Under the pieces are notes generated by a model. The model was given only the letters and a program-made list of their open reading frames with translations, had not been told where the DNA came from and did no database searches. The translations under genes were made by a program, and so were the position numbers. Shown here in pieces: positions 20,952 through 30,626 of a stretch of DNA of 64,000 nucleotides (position 1 is the first letter of the stretch; each line of letters opens with the position of its first letter). The DNA comes from Candidatus Tayloriibacteriota bacterium (GTDB lineage: Bacteria > Patescibacteriota > Minisyncoccia > Phycocordibacterales > PALSA-1337), in the NCBI GenBank assembly GCA_031384385.1, contig JANNAN010000013.1:6015-70014 (forward strand), read 5' to 3'.

Positions 20952-22019
20952 ATGCCCATAAAAACTATTGATAAATCCTCAAAGTCCTCAAAAGATACTT
21001 CATCTGTACTTTATCGTAAATACCGTCCTTTTGATTGGTCTGATGTTATTGGCCAAGAGCATGTTGTAAGTGTTTTAGAAAGTTCAATTAAATCTGATCG
21101 CATCGCTCACGCATATCTTTTTTCTGGAAGTCGTGGAACTGGTAAAACTTCTATAGCTCGTATTTTTTCTAGAGCATTAGGAATTAGCGATAATGATATT
21201 TATGAAATTGATGCCGCTTCGAATCGTGGTATTGATGATATTCGTGAAATTCGTGATGGTGTAAGTGTTCTTCCTTTTGAATCAAAATACAAAGTTTATA
21301 TAATAGATGAAGTCCATATGCTTACAAAAGAAGCTTTTAATGCGCTCCTTAAAACTCTAGAAGAACCACCAGCGCATGCTTTATTTATTTTGGCTACTAC
21401 AGAAACAGAAAAGATTCCCGAAACTGTTATTTCTCGTTGCCAAGTTTTTACTTTCAAAAAACCTACGAGAGAAATTTTGAAAACTTTAATTTCTAAGGTT
21501 GGTAAAAAAGAGGGCTTTGTTCTAGAAACTGGGATTGCAGATTTAATTTCATTATTGGGAGATGGATCATTCCGAGATAGTCTTGGGATTTTGCAAAAAG
21601 TTATAAGTTCTATATCAGGCGAGAAAATTTCCATAAAAGAAGTAGAAAATATTACAGGCGCTCCAAAGGGAAGTCTGGTAAATGATTTTATAATTGCAAT
21701 TGCTAAAAATGATAAAGAAAAAGCTTTGCAAACTATTTCATTAGCAAAGGAAGGGAATATTTCAATGAAAATTTTTATTGCATTAATTCTTGAGAAAGTT
21801 CGTATTATTTTATTATTAAAAAATGCACCAGCTTTACTGAAAACTTTACAAGAACAAGTTTCTGAAGATGATTGGAAAGTGCTTGAGACTTTGGCGAACG
21901 ATAAAGAATCAAAGTTAGGCTCATTGACACTTCTGATGCTTCTTAAAGCTTATGATACTACTGGAAAAGCATATATTGAAAGTTTGCCATTGGAATTGGG
22001 GGTGGTGGAGATGGGGTAA
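20952..22019 (+). CDS. dnaX: DNA polymerase III subunit gamma/tau (short form)
   Basis: 355 aa. KYRPFDWSDVIGQEH, Walker A GSRGTGKTS, DEVHML, sensor ISRCQVFTFK. Confidence 0.8.
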   Translation: MPIKTIDKSSKSSKDTSSVLYRKYRPFDWSDVIGQEHVVSVLESSIKSDRIAHAYLFSGSRGTGKTSIARIFSRALGISDNDIYEIDAASNRGIDDIREIRDGVSVLPFESKYKVYIIDEVHMLTKEAFNALLKTLEEPPAHALFILATTETEKIPETVISRCQVFTFKKPTREILKTLISKVGKKEGFVLETGIADLISLLGDGSFRDSLGILQKVISSISGEKISIKEVENITGAPKGSLVNDFIIAIAKNDKEKALQTISLAKEGNISMKIFIALILEKVRIILLLKNAPALLKTLQEQVSEDDWKVLETLANDKESKLGSLTLLMLLKAYDTTGKAYIESLPLELGVVEMG

Positions 22020-22127
22020 TTTAAAACCCCTATTTTTTGTAAATCTTTATCATTTCTTTATTCCGTCTACAGCGTTTCTTTATTTTGTCTTTAGAATTTC
22101 TTTATTTCGGTCTGTTAGGCTTGATGA

Positions 22128-22607
22128 ATGAAAAATACAAAAATAATTGGTATTTCAGTTTTATTAGAGAGAGTAAATAAAAATAGGTCAGGAATTTTTA
22201 ATAAAGAATCAGAAGTAATAGCGATTCTACCTGAGGAAATTGCTTTAATCATGGGTGATACTAAAATAAATATTTCTGAATTTATAATTGCAAAAATTAA
22301 GGGGTTCATTAAGAAAAATATTGGTCATAATGAAATAACAGATTCATTATTCTGTATGATTCCTAATAATTTATGTAATCCGAAAAAGATACTTCAAGAT
22401 ACGAGATCAAATAAGAAGTATTTATTTATAAGTGTTAATCCATTACATGAAATTGTGGTTGAAATTTCAAGAAACAATTTGGATAAAAGTGAGATTAATA
22501 CTATTCACCTTATTAATTATAATGAACTAAGACGACTGGAAATTTATTTTCCAGTCGTCTTTAGCTCTGGCGGAACCCCCGGTTTTCCGCATACGTGCAT
22601 CCTATAA
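22128..22607 (+). CDS. hypothetical protein (3' end overlaps strongly structured sequence)
   Basis: 159-aa ORF. C-terminal 25 codons coincide with a perfect 12-bp hairpin and alternative pairings (see findings). Confidence 0.35.
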   Translation: MKNTKIIGISVLLERVNKNRSGIFNKESEVIAILPEEIALIMGDTKINISEFIIAKIKGFIKKNIGHNEITDSLFCMIPNNLCNPKKILQDTRSNKKYLFISVNPLHEIVVEISRNNLDKSEINTIHLINYNELRRLEIYFPVVFSSGGTPGFPHTCIL

Positions 22608-22736
22608 GGATCGCTGGTGGGGGACTTTCCAGTCTTCAGATATTATCACTTTACATAACTATGCTATCAAAATAAAATAACTTGTCAATCTTAATCCCTT
22701 GAGTTTTCATTGATTTTAATGTATTTTATATAGCAT

Positions 22737-22810
22737 TGCGGGATCGTATAATGGTAGTACAGCGGCCTTTGAAGCCGTGAATCTTGGTTCGATTCCAAGT
22801 CCCGCAGCCA
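22737..22810 (+). tRNA. tRNA-Gln (TTG), CCA encoded
   Basis: Acceptor TGCGGGA/TCCCGCA (U1-A72), anticodon stem GCGGC/GCCGT with loop CTTTGAA, T-arm CTTGG-TTCGATT-CCAAG, ends GCCA. Confidence 0.8.
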
Positions 22811-22849
22811 ACTAGCATCAATTCTTACTTCTGCTATAATTAACCTACT

Positions 22850-23425
22850 ATGAAAGATCCAACATTATTGTTTATATTAATTTGTTTTATTATTCAGATT
22901 ATCATTTGGATTATTACTGGTTTTTCAACAAAAAGCACAAAGGTCAATAGTGGTGGTTGGTCACTAAGAATAATTGCTATTATTATAGTCGGTGCATTGA
23001 TTTTATTTAGACAACAAGTGATGGCAACTCTACCATTTTTGGGTATTGAAATTTGGCCTCGCTCATTCTCACTTGGAATTATCGCAGATATTATTGTTCT
23101 AATTGGAACAATAATCATGATTTGGGCGCGTGTAAGTATTGGTAAGAATTGGAGTGCAAATATTGTTCTAAAAGAAAATCATGAACTAATTATAAATGGT
23201 CCTTATAAATATATCCGTCACCCTATTTATTCTGGTCTACTTCTAATGATCCTTGGAATTTCTATATATTCTGGATTACTTTCAGAGATTCTACTCTTTG
23301 TTCTTTTCTTTCTTGGCGCAAATTATAAGGCAAATAAAGAAGAGAGACTTTTGATTGAGCATTTTCCTGGTAAATATATTGATTATAAAAATAAAGTTAA
23401 GGCTTTCATTCCTTTTGTTTTCTAA
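22850..23425 (+). CDS. isoprenylcysteine carboxyl methyltransferase (ICMT)/phospholipid methyltransferase family membrane protein
   Basis: Multi-TM protein with RHPIYSGLLL motif characteristic of ICMT/PEMT family. Confidence 0.7.
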   Translation: MKDPTLLFILICFIIQIIIWIITGFSTKSTKVNSGGWSLRIIAIIIVGALILFRQQVMATLPFLGIEIWPRSFSLGIIADIIVLIGTIIMIWARVSIGKNWSANIVLKENHELIINGPYKYIRHPIYSGLLLMILGISIYSGLLSEILLFVLFFLGANYKANKEERLLIEHFPGKYIDYKNKVKAFIPFVF

Positions 23426-23430
23426 AATTA

Positions 23431-23925
23431 ATGATAAATAGAGTAATTTCTTTAATAACTTTTCCTGGAGTAATGGTCCACGAATGGGCGCATAAGAAAT
23501 TTTGTAATTGGAATAATGTAAGAGTTCATAAGGTTAAATATTTTACTTTTGGAAATCCAGCAGGTTATGTTGAGCATGAATCCCCAGTAAATTTTAAGCA
23601 GACTTTCTGGATTTCTATTGGTCCATTGATTATAAATTCATTGGCAGTGGTCGCTCTTAGTTTCTTTGCTTTTAGAATTACTACTGATCCTAGGTGGTAT
23701 TGGATTTTTCTTTGGCTAGCTTTTTCAATTGGAATGCATTCATTTCCAAGTAATCATGATATGAAAAATATTTCGAGTGAAATACTACATGGTGGTCATC
23801 TTTTGTACTATTTAGCTTTTCCACTAGTTTGGCTTATTTGGATTGCTAATTTCTTAAGATTTTTCTGGTTTGATGCAATTTACTCTTTAATCCTTATTGC
23901 TTTGAGTTTTAATTTATTTAAATAA
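23431..23925 (+). CDS. membrane protein with HExxH motif (putative zinc metalloprotease-like)
   Basis: VMVHEWAHKKF (HExxH) followed by four hydrophobic helices. Confidence 0.45.
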   Translation: MINRVISLITFPGVMVHEWAHKKFCNWNNVRVHKVKYFTFGNPAGYVEHESPVNFKQTFWISIGPLIINSLAVVALSFFAFRITTDPRWYWIFLWLAFSIGMHSFPSNHDMKNISSEILHGGHLLYYLAFPLVWLIWIANFLRFFWFDAIYSLILIALSFNLFK

Positions 23926-23970
23926 AAACTAGATTTTTTATGTTAAAATATAATCAATTGAAATAATAAT

Positions 23971-24144
23971 TATGTCATCTAAATTTTTAATTTATATCGG
24001 AATGACAATTGGAGGTTATATTGGTGGTTATTTACCAACACTTTGGGGTGCTGATTATTTTTCATTTTCGTCTATAATATTTGGTATGTTTGGTGGAATA
24101 GCTGGTATTTGGCTTGGTTATAAAATTAGTCGTTTTGTCGTATA
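23971..24144 (+). CDS. 57-aa small membrane protein
   Basis: MSSKFLIYIGMTIGGYIGGYLPTLWGADYFSFSSIIFGMFGGIAGIWLGYKISRFVV with two Gly-rich TM segments. Below the track threshold. Confidence 0.3.
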
Positions 24145-24172
24145 ATATAATTATGTCTAAAAATAATTAAAT

Positions 24173-24544
24173 ATGAAAAATTTAAAAACTTATTCACCAA
24201 ATATTCTTAGAGTTGGCATTGCTGCGGTAATAATGTGGTTCGGTTTTCAACAGTTGATGCATCCAACATCATGGACTGGTTTTCTTCCTGATTTTGCAGA
24301 ATCAATTCCAATGTCAAAAATTTATCTTATTTATTTGAATGGTTTATTTGAAGTACTTGCTAGTCTATTGATGATTCTTGGTTTATTTACAAGAACTGCT
24401 TCATTATTGATGGCAATTCATTTGACCGCAATTATATATACACTTGGTTATGGCCCTATAGCTCTTAGAAATTTAGGCTTAGTTATTGCGCTGTTCGTAG
24501 TATTTCTTAACGGTAAAGATAGTTGGTCTATTTCAAATAAGTAA
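24173..24544 (+). CDS. DoxX-family membrane protein
   Basis: 123 aa, four TM helices, LRVGIAAVIMWFGFQQL DoxX-like N-terminus. Confidence 0.6.
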   Translation: MKNLKTYSPNILRVGIAAVIMWFGFQQLMHPTSWTGFLPDFAESIPMSKIYLIYLNGLFEVLASLLMILGLFTRTASLLMAIHLTAIIYTLGYGPIALRNLGLVIALFVVFLNGKDSWSISNK

Positions 24545-25730
24545 TATCTCGAGGATAGAAAAGATTGATAGTCCACTCAAGAACTATTTCTAATCTTTTT
24601 TTCAATGAATTAAATTTGAATAAGTATATTGTTCTCCAAATCAACCACATAATCGGACCTCTCAATGTAATTTTTCCAAATTGTCCAGCAGCTGACCATT
24701 GTCCAAGTGAAATAGTAAAACCTTTTATTCTTACTATAAACTTCTCTAATTCTTTTTTATTGGATAAAAAATAGATATTATTTGCTACGGTTTTTGCTTG
24801 TTGAACAGCTATTTGAGCAAGCATTGGATAAATTCCTGCAGAATCTCCAAGGCCAAATATTTCAGGATTTTTTATTGATTGTAAATATTCATTTGTTTCC
24901 AATCTTCCTTTTTGACCAATTTCAATCCCTATTATTTCTGAAAGAGAAGGTTTAACCCCAGCAACCCAAATAATAGTATTAGCTTTTATTGATGTATTAT
25001 CATCGAAAATAATTAAATTTGGTTCAACCCTTATTACCATTCTGTTCGTCATTAATTCAATTCCTTTCTTTTTTAATTGAGAAAGTGCAATCGAGCGCAT
25101 TTTAATAGGAAATTGTGGGATTATTTCTGGCGTATTAGTAATAATTGAAATTTTTACATCTTTATTTCTAAAAATTGAATCTTTATAATATAAATTTAAA
25201 ATATGATCAGTGTATTCTGTTAGTTCTGTAACTAGCTCTACACCAGTTGCTCCAGCACCAATTATTGCAAAAGAAAGTAGATCTTTATTTTTCTCAGTAT
25301 GAGCTTTTTTAAAAGTGGAAATAATATGATTTTTTAAAATCATCGCATCATTTATACTTTTTAGGCTAAAACTATTCTCTTGTGCACCATCAATTCCAAA
25401 ATAATTTGTTTCAGCGCCAGATGAAATAACTAGATAATCATAATTGAAAGATCTATTTCCAGTTCTTACTATTTTATTTACTCTATCAATTTCATTTACA
25501 GTATCTTCAATAAAGATAACTGAACTTTCACGAAATATTTCATATATAGACTCCGTAACACTTTGAGGAGTTAGTGAACCTGTTGCAACTTCATGTAAAA
25601 GTGGAGTAAAAATAAAATAATTACTTTTGTTAATTAAAGTTATTTCAGCTTTTTTGCCAAACAATTTACTCAGCTTTTTTGCTGTATAAATTCCTCCAAA
25701 TCCTCCACCAACAATTAAAATTTTATTCAT
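24528..25730 (-). CDS. type II NADH dehydrogenase (NDH-2) / FAD-dependent pyridine nucleotide-disulfide oxidoreductase
   Basis: 400 aa. N-terminal GGGFGG dinucleotide fold, second GAGATG fold, C-terminal amphipathic tail. Confidence 0.8.
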   Translation of the reverse strand: MNKILIVGGGFGGIYTAKKLSKLFGKKAEITLINKSNYFIFTPLLHEVATGSLTPQSVTESIYEIFRESSVIFIEDTVNEIDRVNKIVRTGNRSFNYDYLVISSGAETNYFGIDGAQENSFSLKSINDAMILKNHIISTFKKAHTEKNKDLLSFAIIGAGATGVELVTELTEYTDHILNLYYKDSIFRNKDVKISIITNTPEIIPQFPIKMRSIALSQLKKKGIELMTNRMVIRVEPNLIIFDDNTSIKANTIIWVAGVKPSLSEIIGIEIGQKGRLETNEYLQSIKNPEIFGLGDSAGIYPMLAQIAVQQAKTVANNIYFLSNKKELEKFIVRIKGFTISLGQWSAAGQFGKITLRGPIMWLIWRTIYLFKFNSLKKRLEIVLEWTINLFYPRDITYLK

Positions 25731-25792
25731 ATCATTTGTATATCTGCATTATTTTTAATATAATGATTATATTAATATATAATATAGCACAT

Positions 25793-26173
25793 ATGGAATA
25801 CTTATTTTTACTGGGCAGGATATTATTTGGAGGATATTTTTTAATGAATGGGTATAATCATTTGAAAAATATTTCAGGAATGGCGGGATATGCTCAATCT
25901 AAGGGAGTACCTTATGCGAAAGCATCAATTGTAATTACCGGTATTCTTCTTGTTCTGGGTGGTACAGGTATTGTTCTTGGTCTGTACCCAAGAATTGCTG
26001 TTGTATTACTTTTAATTTTCTTAATTCCAGTTACATTTAAAATGCATCAATATTGGAAAATCCAAGATCCTATGCAAAAAATGGGGGAAGAAATTCATTT
26101 TATGAAGAATATTGCATTGATTGGTGCAACTATTACATTTCTATTCGTAACTGCTTGGCCACTATCTTTATAA
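25793..26173 (+). CDS. DoxX-like membrane protein
   Basis: MEYLFLLGRILFGGYFLMNGYNHL start is in frame with track ORF 25679-26173, whose AT-rich 5' part looks non-coding. Confidence 0.5.
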   Translation: MEYLFLLGRILFGGYFLMNGYNHLKNISGMAGYAQSKGVPYAKASIVITGILLVLGGTGIVLGLYPRIAVVLLLIFLIPVTFKMHQYWKIQDPMQKMGEEIHFMKNIALIGATITFLFVTAWPLSL

Positions 26174-26246
26174 TTAAGCAATAGACTATATCAGTACAAG
26201 CTATGATTGTAGATAATCTAAATTTTACTTATGATATAATAAAACT

Positions 26247-27239
26247 ATGAAAAAAATAAGAGTTGCCATTAATGGCTTTGGCCGAATCGGTCGTGCATTT
26301 TATAAAGTAGCAAAAGAAAATCCAAATATTGAAATTGTTGCTGTTAATGATTTAACTTCTCTTGAAAATGTAGAATATCTTTTAAAATATGATTCTGTTT
26401 ATGGGAAAAGTGACTATACTTTGAAAGGTGTTGAATATTTATCTGAAAAAGATCCAACATTATTACCATGGGGTAAATTTAATATTGATGTAGTTATAGA
26501 ATCTACTGGGTTATTTACATCAAGCGATAAGGCTCAAGCCCATATTCTTGCTGGTGCAAAGAGAGTTGTTGTTTCTGCGCCAATAAAAGATGATGCAATG
26601 TCAGTTGTAAAAGGTGAGACTATTCTAATGGGAATGAATGAAGAAAAGCTTTCTACTTGTCAGATTTCTTCTAATGCTTCTTGTACAACAAATGCCGGAA
26701 GCCCATTGCTTGCAATTCTGGATGAAGTTATCGGTGTTGAAAAAGCAGTTCTAAATACTGTACATGCATATACCGCTAGTCAGGCAATTGTTGATGGACC
26801 AAGTAAAAAAGATATGCGAGAAGGACGAGCAGCAGCAGAAAATATTGTTCCCTCAACTACTGGAGCAGCTATTGCAGTAACAAAGGTTATGACAGGTCTT
26901 ACTGGACTTTTTGATGGCATTTCTATAAGAGTTCCTGTTATCGCTGGTTCTATAGTGGATGTAACATTTATTTCAAAGAAAAATACAACAGTTGAAGAAG
27001 TAAATGAAGCTTTGAAAAAAGCAGCTTCAGAAGATCGTTGGAAGGGAATATTTACAGTTACAGAAGAAGATTTAGTTTCTTCAGATATAAAAGGGAATCC
27101 ACATGCATCAATCGCAGATCTTGCATTTACAAAAGTAGTTGGTGGAAATTTGGTAAAAGTTTTAGCTTGGTATGACAATGAGATGGGGTACACACATACC
27201 CTCGTGAATCATGTCATTGCGGCAGGAAGATTAGTCTAA
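26247..27239 (+). CDS. gap: glyceraldehyde-3-phosphate dehydrogenase (type I). Last ~25 codons are GC-richer and coincide with the integration site of the downstream element
   Basis: INGFGRIGR NAD fold, catalytic SNASCTTN, C-terminal WYDNEMGY. Confidence 0.9.
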   Translation: MKKIRVAINGFGRIGRAFYKVAKENPNIEIVAVNDLTSLENVEYLLKYDSVYGKSDYTLKGVEYLSEKDPTLLPWGKFNIDVVIESTGLFTSSDKAQAHILAGAKRVVVSAPIKDDAMSVVKGETILMGMNEEKLSTCQISSNASCTTNAGSPLLAILDEVIGVEKAVLNTVHAYTASQAIVDGPSKKDMREGRAAAENIVPSTTGAAIAVTKVMTGLTGLFDGISIRVPVIAGSIVDVTFISKKNTTVEEVNEALKKAASEDRWKGIFTVTEEDLVSSDIKGNPHASIADLAFTKVVGGNLVKVLAWYDNEMGYTHTLVNHVIAAGRLV

Positions 27240-27268
27240 AACCCAGACTTCTAAAATTCAATAAATTT

Positions 27269-27296
27269 AAAGACCTAGTAAATCTAGGTCTTTTTT
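27269..27296 (+). terminator. rho-independent terminator after gap
   Basis: AGACCTAG-TAAAT-CTAGGTCT hairpin plus TTTTTT. Confidence 0.6.
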
Positions 27297-27381
27297 GTAC
27301 CTAGGCTCGTCTACCAAAGGTCGAAATTTATTAACTAAAAAGTCATTGTCCTGAAAAGGATCAGCCGATGTACAACGGCAG

Positions 27382-27696
27382 ATGCTACCAATGAAAAATA
27401 AACCTAAAAGCACTAGAGCAGTTACCTATCGGAGATACGGCATCCCCGCCCTCATCCTCGAGGGAAAATGGCTCACAGAAAAATATCGATTGAACATAGG
27501 TGATGTCGTCGATATCGATTATCAACCTAAAAAAATTCGACTGCGAAAGAACCCTACTCTTAGTAAAGAGCGACAAACCATGCTCAAAGAGAAGGCAGAA
27601 ATCCGCAAACGAAGAATCCAAGGATACGCACATGACACCATCACAAACCAAGATGAAAACGCTAGCCAGAGAAGCATTAAAGTTAGTGAAGGATAA
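27382..27696 (+). CDS. SymE-family / AbrB-fold swapped-hairpin protein (toxin-like or regulator)
   Basis: VTYRRYGIPALILEGKWLTEKYRLNIGDVVDIDYQPKKIRL matches the SymE pattern (T-Y-RY-IP-L-G-WL-G-G-V-V-L). Confidence 0.45.
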   Translation: MLPMKNKPKSTRAVTYRRYGIPALILEGKWLTEKYRLNIGDVVDIDYQPKKIRLRKNPTLSKERQTMLKEKAEIRKRRIQGYAHDTITNQDENASQRSIKVSEG

Positions 27697-27928
27697 AGCG
27701 CCGACAATTGTCGACGAACAGATCTTGCCTCACATGCTCGATGAAGTAGCGGAATTCAGCGGCGACATCATGGGAAAGCTCACCAATCTTGATGCGGAAA
27801 ATGACAAAGCCATAACAATGGCACACGGCATTATCCGGGACGGATTGTTTAGCGAAATCATGAGTCAGATCAATGAAACGATGCTGGTAGAAGCCGACAA
27901 GAGAATTACTAAATTATTCAAAAAATAA
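27632..27928 (+). CDS. hypothetical protein (start uncertain; overlaps previous gene in another frame)
   Basis: In-frame Met codons at 27632 and 27653 within track ORF 27500-27928. Helical, no motif. Confidence 0.3.
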   Translation: MTPSQTKMKTLAREALKLVKDKAPTIVDEQILPHMLDEVAEFSGDIMGKLTNLDAENDKAITMAHGIIRDGLFSEIMSQINETMLVEADKRITKLFKK

Positions 27929-28006
27929 AATCTCCACGCAGGGAGAGATCGGATCCGTCAGATAGATTCATTCTCTCAAAAAGCCTCCGGGAAGTCAATA
28001 ACCATA

Positions 28007-29152
28007 ATGAACACACAAAATATAACAACAAATAAGCCAAAGGTGCATGATAACTTCTTCGCGCTAATTGGAAACACCAAACCCTACTTCAAGGCAGCCT
28101 TCGAAGGCTTCGCCGGAACGGGAAAAACCTATACGGCAGCTAAGGTTGCCATAGGTCTACACAAGAGAGTCGGATCAAAGAAACCGGTCATCATCTTTGA
28201 CACCGAGAAGGCGGCTAAGTTTCTTAAGTCCATGTTCGCAGCAGAAGGGATAGAGGTACTGGTCCGTGAATCAAAATCCCTCGCTGACCTCAAGGAGACG
28301 ATGACTCGCATGAGAGAGGGTGCGAGCGATGTTCTCATCATCGACTCAATCAGCCATGTCTGGGAGGACTTCCTCAAATCATACGCAGAGAAGGTACGAC
28401 GCACCAGATTGGAATTTCAAGACTGGGGCGTGATCAAGCCTACATGGAAGACAGAATTCTCCGATGTCTTCGTACGTGATCCATATCACATCATCATGAC
28501 TGGTCGTGCTGGCTATGAGTACGAGAACGAGATCAACAAAGAGACTGGGAAAAGAGAAATTTATAAGTCGGGAATAAAGATGAAGGTTGAGGGAGAGACG
28601 GCATATGAGCCTGACCTGCTTGTCCTCATGGAACGCATGCAGGAAATGGAAGGAGGTTCTATCAAGAAGGTGACACGACAAGGAATTGTTATCAAAGATC
28701 GATCGACCGTAATCGACGGTAAGGTCTTCGAAAATCCTGACTTCAAGGATTTTGCACCTGCAGTTGAAGTGATGCTAGAAGCTCCTGAAAAACTTGAGAC
28801 TACGGCTGAACGTGATGCAGGAACGCTCTTCCGAACCGAGGAAGAAAAGTATGAGTGGAAACAGATGAAGAAGCGATGGCTCGAGGAGATTGAGAATTAT
28901 CTCGTCTCTGTTTGGCCAGGACAATCTGCCGATCAAAAGAAACTCAAGATCGATGCCATCCAGTTTGCCTTCAACACAATGAGTTGGACGGTAGTCGAAT
29001 CATTGCGACCCGAAGCACTGGAAGCGGGATTCGCAAAGGTTCAGGAGTTTGTACGAAAGCACACCGCACTTCAGAGCGCAGAGATGAGTGGTGAACCAAT
29101 AAAGGTCGAAAAGCCAGTCAAGAAGACAGAAGCCAAGGCAAAAACAAAATAA
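28007..29152 (+). CDS. phage-type RecA-like ATPase (AAA_24 / Sak4-like) with C-terminal extension
   Basis: Walker A GFAGTGKT, Walker B LIIDSIS, ~230-aa core typical of phage Sak4-like recombination ATPases, Lys-rich tail. Confidence 0.55.
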   Translation: MNTQNITTNKPKVHDNFFALIGNTKPYFKAAFEGFAGTGKTYTAAKVAIGLHKRVGSKKPVIIFDTEKAAKFLKSMFAAEGIEVLVRESKSLADLKETMTRMREGASDVLIIDSISHVWEDFLKSYAEKVRRTRLEFQDWGVIKPTWKTEFSDVFVRDPYHIIMTGRAGYEYENEINKETGKREIYKSGIKMKVEGETAYEPDLLVLMERMQEMEGGSIKKVTRQGIVIKDRSTVIDGKVFENPDFKDFAPAVEVMLEAPEKLETTAERDAGTLFRTEEEKYEWKQMKKRWLEEIENYLVSVWPGQSADQKKLKIDAIQFAFNTMSWTVVESLRPEALEAGFAKVQEFVRKHTALQSAEMSGEPIKVEKPVKKTEAKAKTK

Positions 29153-29265
29153 AGAAAGCACTCGGAGCTTGGCCACTGACTCAATCCTCATCGCAGTGGC
29201 GTGAGGATTGAGATCAGGAGCTAAGCATCAAGGATCGCCTACGGGCGCTTTCTTTCTTCATCAAA

Positions 29266-29832
29266 ATGGAAGAACACAAAAAATACAATTTAATACCGAA
29301 TAGTACGCAGTTACCAAATATTCTTCTAGACAAGATCATTCCTCTTATCCCTGAAGCTGAAGCACGATGCTTGATTTACATATGTCGTCGCACCTTCGGT
29401 TTCCAAAAAGAATCGGATCGGATTAGTTTTTCGCAATTCATGGAAGGGATCAAAGATAGGAGAGGAATAGTTCTTGATTATGGAACCGGACTATCCCGCC
29501 AGTCAGTTTCTCAAGGACTCAAGAATCTGGTCCGTGCAGGGGTAGTCATTTCAAGCAAAAATAGCAAGGGAAATTTCTACAAAATTAACCTTGAAATGGC
29601 TGTGGATAAAGTAGTCTACCTAGTAGACCAGTCTAGAAAATTGACCAAAAGTGGTCTAAAGAATAGACCGAAATCGGTCTACCTAGTAGACACACAAAAC
29701 CAAGGAAACAAAGAGAAACCAAGTATTAGGGGTTCTACTGATCCTCCTGTGGATAACCGCCCTGAGTTTTTGAGGCTCATGGCAGATCTCACACAGAAGT
29801 TCTCTTTAAAAACTACTAACCAAAAATCATGA
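29266..29832 (+). CDS. replication initiator / replisome-organizer-like winged-helix protein with internal iterons
   Basis: N-terminal wHTH-like segment (CLIYICRRTF..SRQSVSQGLKNLVRAGVV). Coding sequence contains a cluster of palindromic repeats (see repeat feature). Confidence 0.45.
   Translation: MEEHKKYNLIPNSTQLPNILLDKIIPLIPEAEARCLIYICRRTFGFQKESDRISFSQFMEGIKDRRGIVLDYGTGLSRQSVSQGLKNLVRAGVVISSKNSKGNFYKINLEMAVDKVVYLVDQSRKLTKSGLKNRPKSVYLVDTQNQGNKEKPSIRGSTDPPVDNRPEFLRLMADLTQKFSLKTTNQKS
29614..29691. repeat. iteron-like cluster: GTCTACCTAGTAGAC x2 plus related GTCTAG and GGTCTAAAGAATAGACC; candidate origin of replication
   Basis: Exact 15-mer palindrome at 29614-29628 and 29677-29691. Related palindromes at 29631-29636 and 29653-29669, all inside the rep-like gene, encoding repeated VYLVD peptide. 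Confidence 0.5.
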
Positions 29833-30242
29833 AGCAATTCTCATTTACCATAGAAGGCAACCAAGATGATCGACTTGGAAATGCTATACCAAAGATCAGA
29901 AAGACATACCGACAGCAATGGACACCTGAAGCCCAAAGATATACGGCATGGAAAGGATTCATACAAGAAGCATTTCTCAGGTCTCTTGTAGATATTGATT
30001 TCAAAGTTCACATAAGATTTCAGAGATTGGTGAAGAAACCAATAAAACTTGCTGAGGGTGAGAAAGCTATTATGGACATCCGTATTTTCTGGAAAGACGA
30101 AACACATGGTGACCCAGAGAATATATTCGGCTCGATTGCAGATGCACTCTTCTACAACGATAAGTACCTTGACGGCTCATTCAAAAGTGAACTCGCCAAG
30201 GATGGAAAAGGTCGAGTGGAAATAATTATCAATATAAATTAA
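29829..30242 (+). CDS. rusA: RusA-family Holliday-junction resolvase
   Basis: 137 aa. GDPENIFGSIADALFYNDKYLDGSF matches the RusA D-x-DN-x-K-x3-DAL catalytic region. Confidence 0.55.
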   Translation: MKQFSFTIEGNQDDRLGNAIPKIRKTYRQQWTPEAQRYTAWKGFIQEAFLRSLVDIDFKVHIRFQRLVKKPIKLAEGEKAIMDIRIFWKDETHGDPENIFGSIADALFYNDKYLDGSFKSELAKDGKGRVEIIININ

Positions 30243-30248
30243 AAAACA

Positions 30249-30626
30249 ATGACAGCAGAACAAACAGGAGTAATCAAAGATAAATTTATTCTAGAACTTA
30301 ATGAGCAGATTTGGCGTAAGGAAATGAATATCGCCTTTGACCTCAGTAAAATTCCAGATATTGAAAAACTCCGCGATGTTAGGTTCAAGGAACTTGATGG
30401 TCTTAATGCCGATCTAAAGCTCATAGATTCAACTGACACAACAAAACAGAGTCGAATAAAGAGAAAGGATCTAGAAAAGAAAATAGCCCTAGCTGAGGAT
30501 TTCACCTTGAAGTGTGATGAGACGATCGTTGTAATTAGAGACAATACCAATAAGGAAAAAGAAAAGGTTGACCAATTACAAGCCAGAATTAAATTCGCAG
30601 AAACCTATGGAATCGACAAAAATTAA
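30249..30626 (+). CDS. hypothetical coiled-coil protein
   Basis: 125 aa, charged/helical, no motif. Confidence 0.4.
   Translation: MTAEQTGVIKDKFILELNEQIWRKEMNIAFDLSKIPDIEKLRDVRFKELDGLNADLKLIDSTDTTKQSRIKRKDLEKKIALAEDFTLKCDETIVVIRDNTNKEKEKVDQLQARIKFAETYGIDKN

Noticed and set aside
22540-22640. SRP RNA, RNase P RNA or 6S RNA in the structured segment before tRNA-Gln
   Set aside because: None of the universally conserved motifs (SRP domain IV GNAR/AGCAG, RNase P CR-I/CR-V) are present.
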